Assembly: GCA_964016885.1 (NCBI GenBank)
Contig: OZ024743.1
Location: 290,780,001 to 290,844,000, forward strand
DNA: 64,000 nucleotides
From: Eledone cirrhosa
Taxonomy: Eukaryota
Direction: 5' to 3'
Part shown: in pieces, positions 37,121-50,484 of the stretch
Numbering within the stretch: position 1 is the first letter of the stretch
How the letters are laid out: each line of letters opens with the position of its first letter
Translations under genes and position numbers: made by a program
The notes under the pieces: model-generated
What the model was told of the DNA's origin: nothing
Databases searched by the model: none
Seen by the model: the letters and a program-made list of their open reading frames with translations, nothing else

Positions 37121-39641
37121 TATATATAATATTTTGAGAGGCGAAGGAAAGTATATGATTCGATCATATTACATCTTTTTAATTTAGCATATTCAATTTG
37201 GCTATCCCAGAATAGGCAGATATATGGAAAAGTAAATATTAAATACGTTATGCGCTGAATACGTGTGTCAAGAGTGGAGAATTAAGCACACTCATTTGTG
37301 TGAGTATTCTGCATAAAGTGCATTTTAATCAATGTGTACTGTCTATAGATCGTTAGGCGAAATATGGAAACCGCGACTCAAATGTAGTCCATAAATTACT
37401 ACTACACAATAATCTCTAACGCACAGTTATACTACTTTCCTCTTGTAACGCACTTAAAATCATATCTATTCTTCATAAATATGTTACTGCATACCTCTTT
37501 CATACGAAACACGCTGAAGCGTTTTGGTCACATAAAATAATTCATGTTTCAAAGGATGTATTAGTATGTTTAAAACAATCTGGCTTCATAGCATCAATAT
37601 TTTGAAATGTTCTCCCATTGGAAGAAATGTGTTTAGATGCGTATGTCAGGCGAGGGTGTGAGCGCGGATGGTTACTTGTATGCAGATTATGTCTGTGTTG
37701 CCGAAAACTGGCAATTATTAAGTTATAAAAATAATTCCATTAAGGTTATTCAGCACAATATATATTTTCAAGTCTGACTCTGTGACCTTACATATTAACA
37801 CTGTGTAGATTTCTTTCTAAATCAAACTAAAATCAGTTAAAATTCCATATCCAGTTGCTTTTGAATATCTTATCAAGATTAATTAGTTTTCTGAAATAAC
37901 TACAATACAACTATGAAGGTAGACGTTACAACGTTTTATTTATATTCAAATAAAGCAAATGAGACATAACCTGAATTGGTTTAATCTTGTTCTGGACGCT
38001 CTTAGGGACGATATGTAGCACAATATAAAATAGAGGAGATAACGTTTATTTCGTGATTATAAATGTTCAAATATTCGTCAGGGAATTGTGTGATCGCTCA
38101 TATGTATATAGAACGAATCATGTGGAATGGAATGCACGTTTTGGTGCATATACATTCAGTTGTTGCATTCTCCATGAAGGATTAAGTGATCCATTGACTG
38201 GAGACACATGGAGACAGAAGAAACTGCCATTCGTTGTCATATTATGAATCGAAAGGAATACCCGCAACAACAACGTGAAATAGAGCTGCAAATATATTTG
38301 TCGGAAGTCTTGGGTATATGTATGTTTATTATTTATGACATCGGCATTACTCTTGCGTTTTACACAAGATATTTACAGCAGGATGCAACATTTTATTTAT
38401 TGCATATGCTGGCGTTTATTATTTTTTAACATACAGGTTTGTGGAAGCCAATAAAATTATTTTCTTGTATAGAAAGTTTTATATTAGACATTTTAGAAAT
38501 CAGAAAAAACATAACGAAATGGAAAAGAGAATAAAATATAAACACACCGAAATATAACGGATTAATTAATTTCTTTTATTCTTTTGTAAAGTTAGTGTGT
38601 TCTACAATATAATTGAATCTTTGACGCATTGAAAACCAGAAAATATTGTTTGGCTTCCGACTAGAGAAATGAAAAATGTAAAAGAATACAAATAAATTCA
38701 GAATGTTAGAATGTATTTATTTATTTCTCAAGAATGATACATCTTGTAAGTACGGGCTGATAAAACATCAGTTTATACCTGAAGATGGTTTCAAAAAGCC
38801 TGCAGGAAATCAATGGTTGATTAAATATGAGCTTCGGCATTAGGAAAAAATACAAAACAATGAAAATGATTATAATTCTTATGTATTCAATAAATTAATG
38901 TATACTTTTTTGTAAGGACTTCTAAGATTTTATGCTAGTTTTTCCTTCAATCGCCAGTTGAACAAGTTTTAGTTTCAATTTATTTTCATGCAATCGCTTT
39001 CGTATGGAGTAATATATTTGTTTGTATGGGGCTTTCTCTCCATCGTTTGCATTGTTGGAGTCTAGCTCGCTAGAATGTTTTCATATAGAATGTTATGAAA
39101 ATTGGAAGAAAATCGAAAAGGCCATAATGCCCATATTGATAATAATGTTGATAATGTTAAACATAATGCTAATGACTGCTGCAAATTGCAGCTTCTTTTA
39201 AAAGATTTAATCAAATATAGGAAAAATAACAAATAAAACTTCCCTGCCACTGAGGATGAAACATATATTGAAAAGCAAAAGGACATATGAACATTTTCAC
39301 TCACATTGTAAATAATTTTAGGTCTGAACTGCAAAATATAGTTTGCGCATACTCTCAGACACGTTTTTCGCCGAAATGTTTTGTATAAGATTATTCTAAA
39401 TAACATATGTAAAAGATAAATGGAGAAAAAAGTTTTTTTCCGCTGAAATAAATGAAGAAATCAAATATGAACAAAGACTGATTTCATAAAACTATACATG
39501 TAAGCAGTAACGTTTCCTTTAAGATGAGTCATGTTGACCAATAACCCTATTTGATCATTTTTTTAATACGGCTGAATATAGTTGGGTGTTTATCCCTTTT
39601 ATGTGAGTGAATTAGAACATATATTAGTACATCATATAATT

Positions 39642-39788
39642 TGAGGCGCATGGCTTAGCGGTTAGAGCATTGAGCTTGCAATCGAAAGGTTGTGATGTCA
39701 ATTCTCGGACCGGGTGATGTGTTGTTTCCTTGAGCAAGACACTTTATTCCACGTTGCTCCAGTTCACTCAGCTGTAGAAATGAAATGA
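39642..39788 (+). mobile_element. Second tRNA-derived SINE family (CORE/V-like central domain)
   Basis: GGCGCATGGCTTAGCGGTTAGAGCA tRNA-like head; TCCTTGAGCAAGACACTT...CACTCAGCTG central motif. Confidence 0.7.
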
Positions 39789-41485
39789 TAGGACTGGATT
39801 CCCTATCATTAAATCACCCAAGACAACTCCAACGAGATATATCTCGGAGGAGGCCAGCTAAACCTGCATAGGTGTGAGCTGTAACACACACATATCATAG
39901 AATAGAAATTATTGTTTTATTCTAGAAACGTTGGCAAATGATTTTATTTGGCGACATAATTACATCACTATGATATATATCAAAGAAAAAATTCTGCAAG
40001 CAAATGTTGCGAAGTTAAAATCAAAAGATTAAAAATATAAATTCTTCACGCAATTATTCATGCTGGACTTCACGCAAACCAACGAATATGGCCTAACCTA
40101 CTCCAACTATTATTCAATATGTACCATTACAGAATTTAAGAAAAAGAAAGAAGAACCGTATATTCGATACTGTCCTTTGAAGTTATTACATGTAAAAAAT
40201 CGAACGCGTGAGAGATTAATTGAATTGTATCCAACACGTCTGCTCAAATTTCTCCGGAGGCTAAATAAGAAAATATGTATAACACACTCTCAACTACGTA
40301 AGTATTTGAAGTTCTTAGCATAATAGAATTTAGGGTGTAGGGTATAAGATTAAGAGAAAATTCATGGATGTGTTCATATATGTTTTATACTGAAACAATT
40401 ACAGAACCGTATATACGGCTGTGCGTTCTGAGAGTATGGAATATTGTTTTGGCAGTGTGTGCATGATATTCTTCTATTCTTTTTTGATTTAATATAAGCA
40501 AATGATCAGCATATTTATGCTAACGTTTACAATGAATTCAGTGACTCAGAAACATAATGATAATGGCGTATCTAATGATTTTAGTGACGGTGGTTAGGGT
40601 AAATAGCATTATGTTACTGACGATCATGTCTATATGAATGACGTTCGCTAACATCACGAAAACCATCAAACAACAACGAGCAGATGGGCCATCGCCACTA
40701 CCACAAACGTGAAAACTACGAAAAATGCCACAATCACTACGAGAGCGATCAGTAAAGGGAAAACTAGCCTCGATAATATCACTACAGCGATGATGACGCA
40801 ACGCGAATTTTTATGTAAATCACTGCGATAACAATTACGTGAATGCTATTAATGATGAATTCGCTGAGGAATATGATGATTGTGTTAATGGCAACGATAG
40901 TCACAAGGAGAATAGCTGTGTTTAGGTTGATATTGAGGAATATGATAATCATCATATGGTGATAGAAATGTCATTTTTGATATGTGGCATAATTTCTGGA
41001 TATGTTTGTTGTTCTGACTGGCATTGCTTTGCACTATTACTATTAATGTTCTTTTTAATATTGATTTCCGTGTTACTACTAAAGTTTATTTTGATCTTCT
41101 TTCTGTCGTTTTGCTATACAAGTTAATGTCACAAACAATAAAACTTCCGTTTTGTTTACATTTACAAAACGGTTCTTTCTATACGCAAACAATTCGCCAT
41201 GCATGATTGCCATTTAAATTCTTATGTATGTATATGCAGACATTGTTTCTGCTATTTATATTTGTCGGGCTTCTCATTAGTAATTCTATATGTATATATG
41301 AAAGCCAGTAAATAAAATGTATTTACCATACTTCTAGGAAAATATATCTTCACGAGAAATAATTTTTCAGTGGAAGGATAAACTAATTTTACCAAAGATA
41401 CGTTTATTTTGGTTACGTATCTGTTGTGCAAGAAGTATTTTGTTTGAGATATGCAGATAAACTACAATATCATTAATGTAATGCG

Positions 41486-41520
<35 letters not shown>

Positions 41521-41523
<3 letters not shown>

Positions 41524-42190
41524 TACCCGAATTAACCCCGCCTTGCTGCGTTTCACACATTTTTTTTGTAAGAAAATGAAGATTGATTTTAAATCAGTGA
41601 TATAATTTATGGAGAAAAACTCTGCATTTCAATATTACTCAATGTAATATGTAATGCATGAAAGTTTGGAAAACATAATTGTTTGTAATATGCTAAATCA
41701 AAATTACATTATTGAATCTTATTCTTATTGTGTTTCTTGTAAATAATTATTTTCAAAATATCAAATCAAAACTTTTGCGAATAGGCATCATATATTGGCA
41801 TTTACCCATGGTTTAAATTTCATATAAATCGAAGGGAAAACATTTTCGGGTTTGTGGCCCCTGGAACACTTATATGGCGTTTAACCCCATTAGGGTGTCT
41901 TAATATTATTGAAATTTGCTGAAATTTTCTGATTAGGCATCATATCTTGTCACTTGCTTATTATTTAAATTTCATATAAATTGAAGGGAAACACTTTCAG
42001 CGGGGTTTTTCAGCGGGGCTTTTCAGCGGGAGTTTTTTGCCCCCGGGGCACCCTTTGATTAAAATTAAATATACTTATTCAAGTACACTGGGCAATGTAG
42101 TTTCAGAATGTATGTGGTTATGGTGGTTTATCTCCAAAACCATAGGTGGAGTTCGTGAACAAACGAACAGAGAGGAATACAACTTTGTAT
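41521..42190 (+). mobile_element. Probable non-autonomous Helitron/Helentron-associated (HINE/Lep1-like) element
   Basis: Starts TACTA..TTAACCCCGCCTTGCTGCG; internal ~150-bp-period duplication and (TTTCAGCGGG)3; ends GAACAAACGAACAGAGAGG..ACTTTGTATATA; TA flanks. Confidence 0.5.
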
Positions 42191-42289
42191 ATATATATAT
42201 AAATTCACATTTATGAATTTGTTCTGCAAGACACTTAACCTGAAATCGTGTGTTGAAGCCTATATTTTTATATTTGGGGAAAGTCATAT

Positions 42290-42620
42290 TGGTACTCTTA
42301 CCAACAGAAAGAAATACACGTACCATATCCTTTTCACTTTATCTTTATAGTTATTGATTTTTATTTATTTGTTTGTCAACATTTGTTCATCAAATATTCT
42401 GTGACCTCCTCAACGACTTTAGTGCTTCCGCTTTCTTCCTGGGGTGGACGTTTGAGACCACTACAAAAGAAGAGACAAACATAGAAGGCTATTGTGGAGG
42501 TCCAGAACGTGTGACGAAAAATCTTTTACAAACGATAAATCAAACGATTTTCAAACAATAAAGATAAAGTGAGATTTATATGGTGCGTAAGTTTCCTTCT
42601 GTTTGAAAAAATATTGGCAT
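42290..42620. repeat. Imperfect fold-back
   Basis: CCATATCCTTTTCACTTTATCTTTAT...ATAAAGATAAAGTGAGATTTATATGG; inner stem GACCTCCTCAA/TTGTGGAGGTC. Confidence 0.6.
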
Positions 42621-42631
42621 CATGACCATCC

Positions 42632-42695
<64 letters not shown>

Positions 42696-42753
42696 TGAGA
42701 GAGAGAGAGAGAGAGATATATGTGGATGGTCATGATGCCAATATTTTTTTTAA

Positions 42754-42792
<39 letters not shown>

Positions 42793-42794
<2 letters not shown>

Positions 42795-45230
42795 CGAACG
42801 AAGTGTGGTAATGAACCAGGTGGACGATAGCGCAGCAGGGCACTCGATACTTTGGGCAGTAAAGTGGTTAATAGGAAAAGAGTCAGGCCCCCGACGGTAG
42901 ATCTCAAGCCGTTTCAACAGCAATTTCTGGACTGAATTAATGTTTTAGCTTGGTGTTGATATAGACGATTTCTTCAAGGGGTAATTCAACATACGGGCAT
43001 GTGATAGTCAGGCATTTCTGAAGGTTGTAGTTATAAAAAGGAGTGGTCGATGTTATTTGTGAACACAATTAAATCTTTCATGGCGTCGTGTAAGGAGTGG
43101 TGTTGACTGAATTTGCCTGTAGAACAAAGAGGTTGTGGTTTAAGCCGGACAAGCGTTAGGAGTGAATTCTATACAGCTATTATTAATGAGTCTAGAGAAA
43201 GTTGGCTAGCTAAAAAGCATAGTGAAAATAGAATTATACAGGAATCTGAAAGATGGGAAATTATAAAAATAAAGAACTCGAGTCTAAAACAAGAAAACCG
43301 GAATTAATAAAATACATCTAATTCAGTACCCCGGAGCTTCATCTCATAACGGTAAAATATCAATAAGGATGCACCCCCTAAAAAAAGACACAATTGATAT
43401 ATTTTTAGTTTCCTGCATTTAGGCGTTGGAATGTACCGCGACGATGGGCTCCTTACCCTTAGAGGGTACAACCCCAGTAGTACGGACCGGGTCCGTAAAC
43501 ACCTAATCAACTTCTTCCGGGACTGGGGTTTTAAAATCACCCTACAGACGTCCCTAACCCGAGTCAAATTCCTGGATGTTACCCTCAACCTCGAAAATGA
43601 TCTGTACTACCAATACAGGAAACCTAACCACAACCTACACTACATCCACCACCGCTCTAACCACCCTAGAATCATCAGCAATAACCTGATTAAAAACATC
43701 TCCCTCCGCATATCTCGCTTGTCCGCTAACGAGCAGATATTCGACGAACGTGCGCCATGTTACAACCAAGCGAAGCGGCTTCCGGGAGGGAATCTCATTT
43801 TACACGGTCTCCCCTAGAGGGACCAGCAGGTAACGTGGTTCAACCCTCTCCACAATGCCGAGGTTGCAATACCAATCGGGTAAATCTTCTTGAGACTCCT
43901 CTAAAATACTTCCCACGATAACACTGCTACCACAACATAATCAGCAAAAACAGTATCAACATCTCCTACAGCACCACAACCATCTTCGCACAAAACATCG
44001 CCTCCTCAAACAACAAGAAACTCAACTCTTACGGAAGAAACAACCTAGACATTAGTGGAGAGCCGACCAGGTGGGGTAACTGCCCTGCTAGACCGACGTG
44101 CCCCCTCAACAACAGATGCCGAAAACGTAACCTGATCTACCAATATAACGCGAAGACGTAAAACTCCAACAAAGCCTATATAGGATTAACCGCCTGTGAT
44201 TTTAAGACCCGGCTCTATCAACACCGACATACGTTCAGAAACCCGGTTCGGCGACATGCCACTATACTTTCAGGCCACGTCTGAGAACTCCAAGATAATA
44301 ACATCACATACCATCTTAGTTGGAACTTACTTTCCAGGGCTAACACCTACACGGGAGGAAGCCGTCCGTGTAACTTATGCTCGGAGGAGACGATACAAAT
44401 GCTGTTTACGAAGGACCAACTCCTAAACAAAAAGACGAACTTGTAACCGCATGTAAACACCGATTGCGTATGACTTACCTCACCTTCAAACCCCCTCACG
44501 ACCCGGGTGGGTAGACAATGGCTGTAACATCTTTCTTTTCCCCAGTTGCCGAGCAAGATAGGGGAAAACCCTTTTATTTCTTCCTCTCACTTCCTTCGAC
44601 TCCCTCTCCTTTTCCTTTTTCCTCTTTCGCCTATCCTGAGGCAGCCCATCAGGTTTTGTAGCCTCAGTATCCCCACCCCCGGGAAATCTATATAGCATTG
44701 GCTGAAAACATAATACCAGCTATAAATATGGCAGTTGTTTCCTTCTTTAGGGTGTGCATCGTTATTGATATTTTACCGTTATGAGATGAAGCACCGGGGT
44801 ACTGAATTGGATGTATTTTATTAATTTCGGTTTTCTTGTTTTAGACTCGAGTTCTTTAATTTCCCATCTTTCAGATTCCTGTATAATTCTAATTTCGCTA
44901 TGCTTTTTAGCTAGACTACTTTATCCTCACTCTTTAGAAACATCTGTATAGAATTCACTCTTAACACTTGATCAGCTTAACCCACCCCTTCTTTGTTCCG
45001 CAGGCAAGTTCATCCACCCACACCCCTAACCACCACCATGAAAGTTCACAAAGAACATCGAACACTACTTTTGATAACTACAACCTTCAGAAATGCCTGA
45101 CTATCGCATGCCCAAATATGGAATTACCCCTTGAAGAGTTCGGCTATATCAACACCACGCTAAAAATTTAGTTTAATCCAGAAATAGCTGTTGAATAGGG
45201 TTGAGCTCTGCCGAACGAGGTCCTGTCTCT
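42793..45230 (+). mobile_element. Penelope-like element, 5'-truncated, with inverted pLTR upstream
   Basis: ~42890-43410 is the reverse complement of ~44718-45225; RT/EN remnant between them; (TA)n flanks. Confidence 0.88.
43420..44472 (+). pseudogene. Penelope-like RT C-terminus + GIY-YIG endonuclease, disrupted
   Basis: GMYRDDGL, FLDVTLNL, YIHHRSNHP, WFNP, C..CPLNNRC, LIY..YIGLT, CNLC, LLNK..ACKH. Confidence 0.85.
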
Positions 45231-45289
45231 TTTCCTATATATATATATGTATATAAATGTGTAGGTATGTATATATATGTGTAGGTATG

Positions 45290-45445
45290 TATATGTCCTC
45301 TGATAGTTTGTAAAATGTTTACATAGATCTATATGATGTAGATACGAAAACACATATATATAACCTAGAAATGATCGTAAAATGATGAATTTTTTAATAT
45401 AAGGAACTGTTTCTTTGTTTTTATTCATTGTTTTTATTAATTTAT
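45290..45445 (+). repeat. Partial copy of the hammerhead-bearing unit at 53950-54120 (3' half of ribozyme only)
   Basis: TGATAGTTTGTA..TACATAGATC..CCTAGAAATGATCGTAAAATGATGAA..AATATAAGGAACTGTTTCTTTG shared. Confidence 0.7.
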
Positions 45446-45572
45446 CTTGACCTTGTTTTCGTGCGATTTTCATCGAAAAAATGTTGAATACATCTTCTCT
45501 TTTCATGATATTTGGATTACATTGCGTTCTTCATACGGATTGGACACTACCGTATATTTTGGTAGATTTATC

Positions 45573-45619
<47 letters not shown>

Positions 45620-45621
<2 letters not shown>

Positions 45622-45815
45622 CGAAGGAAGGGTGGTAAGGAACCAGATGGACCATAACGCACCAAAGTACTCAATACTTAGGGTTGTAGAGTGGGTAATA
45701 GGAAACTCTTCAAGACCGCGACGGCAGAGATCAAGCCGTTTCGACAGCTATTAGTGGTCCAGAAATAGCCGTCGAAACTGCTTGAGCTCTGCCGTCGGGG
45801 TCTAGAACATTTTCC
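45620..45815 (-). mobile_element. Short Penelope terminal fragment ending in an imperfect hairpin (45719-45797)
   Basis: Same sequence family as 42793-42930 and 57193-57363. Confidence 0.75.
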
Positions 45816-45987
45816 TATATATATATAAATATATATATATTTACGTAGACCACGGAGCGTATGTGCATAAACGCACCTGTACCGTGCCGTATTTGTGACA
45901 GTATTGTATAAGCTCAATGTACGAGAGCAGGGCCGTTATATATAAAAGAAATCAAAGAACGCCTTCATACACATACAAATTTTATTT

Positions 45988-46032
45988 GCTGACAATCTTT
46001 CATCGATACCATGGGGCAGGAATCATCAGAGC
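45988..46032 (-). ncRNA. Minimal type I hammerhead motif
   Basis: On minus strand: GCT-CTGATGA-TTCCTGCCCCATGGTATCGAT-GAAA-GATTG-TC-AGC; decayed mirror copy at ~48237-48281. Confidence 0.65.
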
Positions 46033-47011
46033 TTTATAAACAAAAATATAAAGTGCTGAGTATTTGCTCCAGCAAGCTTAGTCACATGAACATTAGAAAT
46101 ACAATAGAAGGTAACAAGAGGGAGATCGGAAATGTGGAGTGTGTAGAGAGTGCACAATGGCGTTGTTATTCAACACTACAGCTATATATTAGGGTACAGG
46201 CAGATTTGTTCACTAGATGTTGAAGCACGTGAATGCATACCTAAGCAAAAATCATATAACAATAGTTAAAATATATAATAATAAAGTAAAAGGAAAATAA
46301 TAGTATAAAAAATAAATAAAAAAATTAAAAAGAAATAAAGAAGAAATTTAGAGCACACAAAAGCCAGAGGAAGCTATGCGTTTGTAACTATATATAATAG
46401 GTGATTTAGTTCTCCATAACTTAGAGTTATAGAAATTCTAAGAGGCTCATAAGGTACCTTCAGAAAGTTCAAAGGGGAATTATTCCTCCCCATAGTATAC
46501 ATAATCAGGGTATACTATTAGGTTACGGAATTACGTGGACCAAGGGTGCTAAACCTGTATATAGACACGCAGCACATCAATACAAGCCAAGCACAAACAA
46601 AGCGGGGTTATTGCATGATCAAGCAGAAGCAAAAATGCTTTAGTTCCTGCAAAAAACACACACCCGGCGATGAGTGACTACATATTCATATTCACCATAG
46701 CGGTTACTCCAATCGGTTTCATATGCCCCGATTGGCGAGGAGTTATAAAGTAAGTGGATTGTCCGTAGATAGCAATTCGGTCCAAAGCTAACAACATATG
46801 TAGATCGTCCGTAAAGTGTAATGCAGTCGTATTCATACGCTCACCAAAACATATCAGCACACATAGTAACATGTATCACAGGCTGATTTTACACATCAGA
46901 AATCTCCACATGCTTAAAATCCCAGACCGTGATGTATAATGTGTCCAAGTTGCAGCTTCAGATTCTGTACAACCAAATTCGTCACACCTAATCCAGCCGC
47001 GAACACGTCAA

Positions 47012-47178
47012 AATAATTGCACAATTACCCAGTACATTACTGGTAGTTTATTTTATCGACCCCGTAAGGATGAAAGGCAAAGTTAAACTCGGCGGGATTT
47101 CTACTCAGAGCGCAAAGGGACGTAACTATGCCGGAAAGCATGGCGTACGACCTTCTACCGATGCTGCCAATCCACAAT
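47012..47178 (-). mobile_element. tRNA-derived SINE in the fold-back loop
   Basis: Closely similar to 26223-26410. Confidence 0.88.
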
Positions 47179-48338
47179 GCCAGGTTAAATGCAGCAGTAG
47201 CTCACCGTTGACCAAACGCGTACAGCACGTGGTTTAACAATTTATACAAAACAGAAAATAATACAAGTTCTCAAATCAGTAAATCCACCAGGTACTCCAT
47301 GCAACTTGGACACGTTGTACATCACGGTCTGGGATTTTAAACATGTGGAGATTTCTGTTGTGTAAAATCAGCCTGTGATACATGTTACTATATGTGCTGA
47401 TATGTTTTGGTGAGCGTATGAATCCGACTGGATTACACTTTACGGACGTCCTATACATGTTGTCAACTTTGGACCAAATTACTATCTACGGCCAATCCAC
47501 TTACTTTAAAACTCCTCACCAATCGAGGCATATGAAACTGACTGGACTAACCTCTACGGTGGAGATACATATGTAGTGACACCTCGCCAGATGTGTGTTT
47601 TTTACAGGAACTAAACCATTTCTGTTATGTACTTTTGCTTCAGCTTGAACATGCAATAACCCCGCTTTGTTTGTGCTTGGCTTGTATTGATGTGCTGCCT
47701 GTCTATATGCAGGTTTAGCAACACTGGTCCGCGTAATTCCGTAACCTAATAGTATACCCTGATTATGTATACTATGGGGAGGAATAAAATCCCCTTTGGA
47801 CTTTCTGAAGGTACCTTATGAGCCTCTTAGAATTTATATAACTCTAAGTTATGGAGAACTAAATCACCTGTTATATATAGTGACAAACGCATAGCTTCCT
47901 CTGGCTTTTGTGTGCTTTAAATTTCTTCTTTTTTTCTTTTTAATGTTTTATTTATCTTTTTATACTATTATGTTCCTTTTACCTTATTATGATATGTTTT
48001 AACTATTGTTATATGCCTTTTGCTTACGTATGCCCTCACGTGCTTCAACCTCTTGTGAACAAATCTGTCTGTACCCTAACATATAGCGGTAGTGTTGAAT
48101 AACAACCCCATTATGCACTCTCTACATACTCCACATTTCCGATCACCCTCTTGTTACCTTCTATTGTATTTCTAATGTTCATGTGACTAAGCTTGGTAGA
48201 GCTTATACTAAGCACTGTATATTTTTTGTTAATAAAGCTCTGATAGTTCCTGGCCCATGGTATGGATGACAAATTGGCAGCAAATAAAAATTGTATGAGT
48301 ATGTAGGCGTTCTTTGATTTATTTTACATATATATATA

Positions 48339-48377
<39 letters not shown>

Positions 48378-48595
48378 TAAAATAACTGATTAAAGTTTAA
48401 GCCAAGAATCGCTACTTTTACCCTTAACGAGATCGTCTGTTTCAGAAGATTCCCTTAAGGGTGAAAGCAGCGATTCTTTGCTTAAATTTTAATCTGTTAT
48501 TTTAATAAATATTTGCTCTACGGTTCTCATATATTTGATATATATTTATCCTTATCGAGCCCTCTTTGGATTTTAGTGTTCAAATTAATTATTAT

Positions 48596-48658
<63 letters not shown>

Positions 48659-48659
48659 A

Positions 48660-49330
48660 GTAAAAAATTGAGCCGGAACAAAACAGAGAGGCAGTACGAA
48701 CAAAGGTTTATTAGTTTCACGCTCTTGAGAGTGGGGTGGTGGTGGGCAACGACGTTTCAGGCATAAGCCCTTCTTCAGGTGAAAAGTGTGTGGGAAGAGA
48801 GTTCCAAGGGTGTGTAGGGGAGTGGTGGAGAGACATAGAAAAAAGGGGTTGAGAGGAAACTGTACAAATGAAATTAAATATAAAAGCATGATAAAAATAA
48901 AAATAAAAATACACATGAAGTAAAACAGGTGGTGGAAGGTTGTGGGGCGTGTAGGGGTGGTGGGCGGGTGGAGTTGTGAGGGGGAGGCGGGTGTCCGAGC
49001 GGGGAGGGTGAAGGTGGTGTGTGTGTGTGTAGGTGTACGTGTGTGTGTGTGCATGTGAAAGTAAGAGTTGGGGAAGAACGGGGTTGCATGTTCAGGAGGA
49101 GGTGTGTGTAGGGTGGGGGGTATGTCGGAGTGCGTGTGCGTGTGTGGATAGAGGGGTGGGGGGAGAGGATTCCGGAGGCTGAATGTGTAAATATGTGGTG
49201 GTACGCACGTGTGTGTGTGGTGTTTATGCGTGTTGTGGATGAAGGTGGCGTGTGGAGAAAAAAAATGGTGTTGGGTGTATGTCAGTGAGTGAGTCCTTAA
49301 GGTAGTTCCGTATACGATGTGGTGGAATAT
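48660..49330 (-). mobile_element. Penelope-like 3' UTR/pLTR fragment with degenerate hammerhead (48744-48782)
   Basis: On minus strand: CTGAAGA-AGG GCTTATG CCT-GAAA-CGTCG-TT followed by AATAAA; stem I mismatched. Confidence 0.55.
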
Positions 49331-49495
49331 ACATATATATATATATATAGATATATATATATATATAGAAGTAATAATAAATTTGAAGATTAAAATCCAA
49401 AGAGGGATCGATAAGGATAAATATATATCAAATATATAAGAACCTTAGAGCAAATATTTATTAAAATAACAGATTAAATTTTAAGCAAAGAATCG

Positions 49496-49526
<31 letters not shown>

Positions 49527-49691
49527 TAATATATTAAAGTTTAAGCAAATAATCGCTGCTTTCACCCGTAACGGGATCTTCTGAAACTAACATTTGCTCT
49601 ACGGTTCTTATATATTGATATATATTTATCCTTATCGAGCCCTCTTTGGATTTTAGTCTTTTAATTTATTAGTATTACTATATATATATAT

Positions 49692-50311
49692 ATACGTTAT
49701 TCCGGGTTGAATCAGGGGTAACCACAGTAAGTAAGGTACTCAATAAATAGCAGAGTATAACAGTTTAAATATAGATGAAATTCTACAGGACCTGAACTGT
49801 TTCATTCTTTAGAAATCATCAAGAATCTGGGAATCAAAAAATAAATACGGTATTTATAGGCCTCTTCAGCTGGTAGGAGAGGGTATGGATTGGGATGGGT
49901 AGAGGTCATTGGTTGATAGAAAAGGGAATTCATTAAAAGCTAATTCTTTAAAGCTATAAATTACATTTAGAGTAACAAAGGCAGAAATAATTCTATAAAC
50001 AAGTTCAGAATCGGGTGCCACTCCTTATTTTTAAGAGAAACTTAAAAATAAGGAGTGGCATCCCATTCTGAACTTCTTTATAGAATTATTTCTGCCTTTG
50101 TTACTCTAAATGTAATTTATAGCTTTAAAGAATTAGCTTTTAATGAATTCCCTTTTCTATCAACCAATGACCTCTACACATCCCACTCCCTACACTCTCC
50201 TACCACATGAAGAGGCCTATAAATACCATACTTATTGTTTGATATCCAGATTCTTGATGATTCTAAAGAATGAAACAGTTCTAGTCCTGTAGAATCTCAT
50301 CTATATTAAAA

Positions 50312-50312
<1 letters not shown>
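49692..50312. mobile_element. Fold-back (~265-bp arms, centre ~50038) with two core-mutated hammerheads (49778-49828 minus; 50248-50297 plus)
   Basis: GCCACTCCTTATTTTTAAG-AGAAA-CTTAAAAATAAGGAGTGGC centre; same family as 59253-59467 but core reads TTGATGA. Confidence 0.82.
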
Positions 50313-50402
<90 letters not shown>

Positions 50403-50484
50403 AGTATGTATTGCCGTACTAAGAGTGAGAAATGAAATTTCGTTTCATTCTATTCCATTTATATATATATCTATATATATATAT

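Larger units (their letters stand above)
45941..48328. mobile_element. Large fold-back with ~1-kb arms (45941-46954 / 47300-48328), Penelope pLTR-like
   Basis: Arms read as reverse complements throughout; hammerhead motif near each outer end. Confidence 0.85.

Noticed and set aside
38776-38825. CTGAAGA...GAAA hammerhead-like motif
   Set aside because: Stems I-III cannot be paired convincingly.
45130-45200. Hammerhead in the pLTR of the 42.8-45.2 kb PLE
   Set aside because: A 3' half (GAAA-TAGCTG-TY) is present but no matching CUGANGA core or stem I was found.
48430-48480. CAGAAGA..GAAA as a hammerhead
   Set aside because: The core is CAGAAGA in both copies and there is no NUH site; better explained as a plain hairpin.
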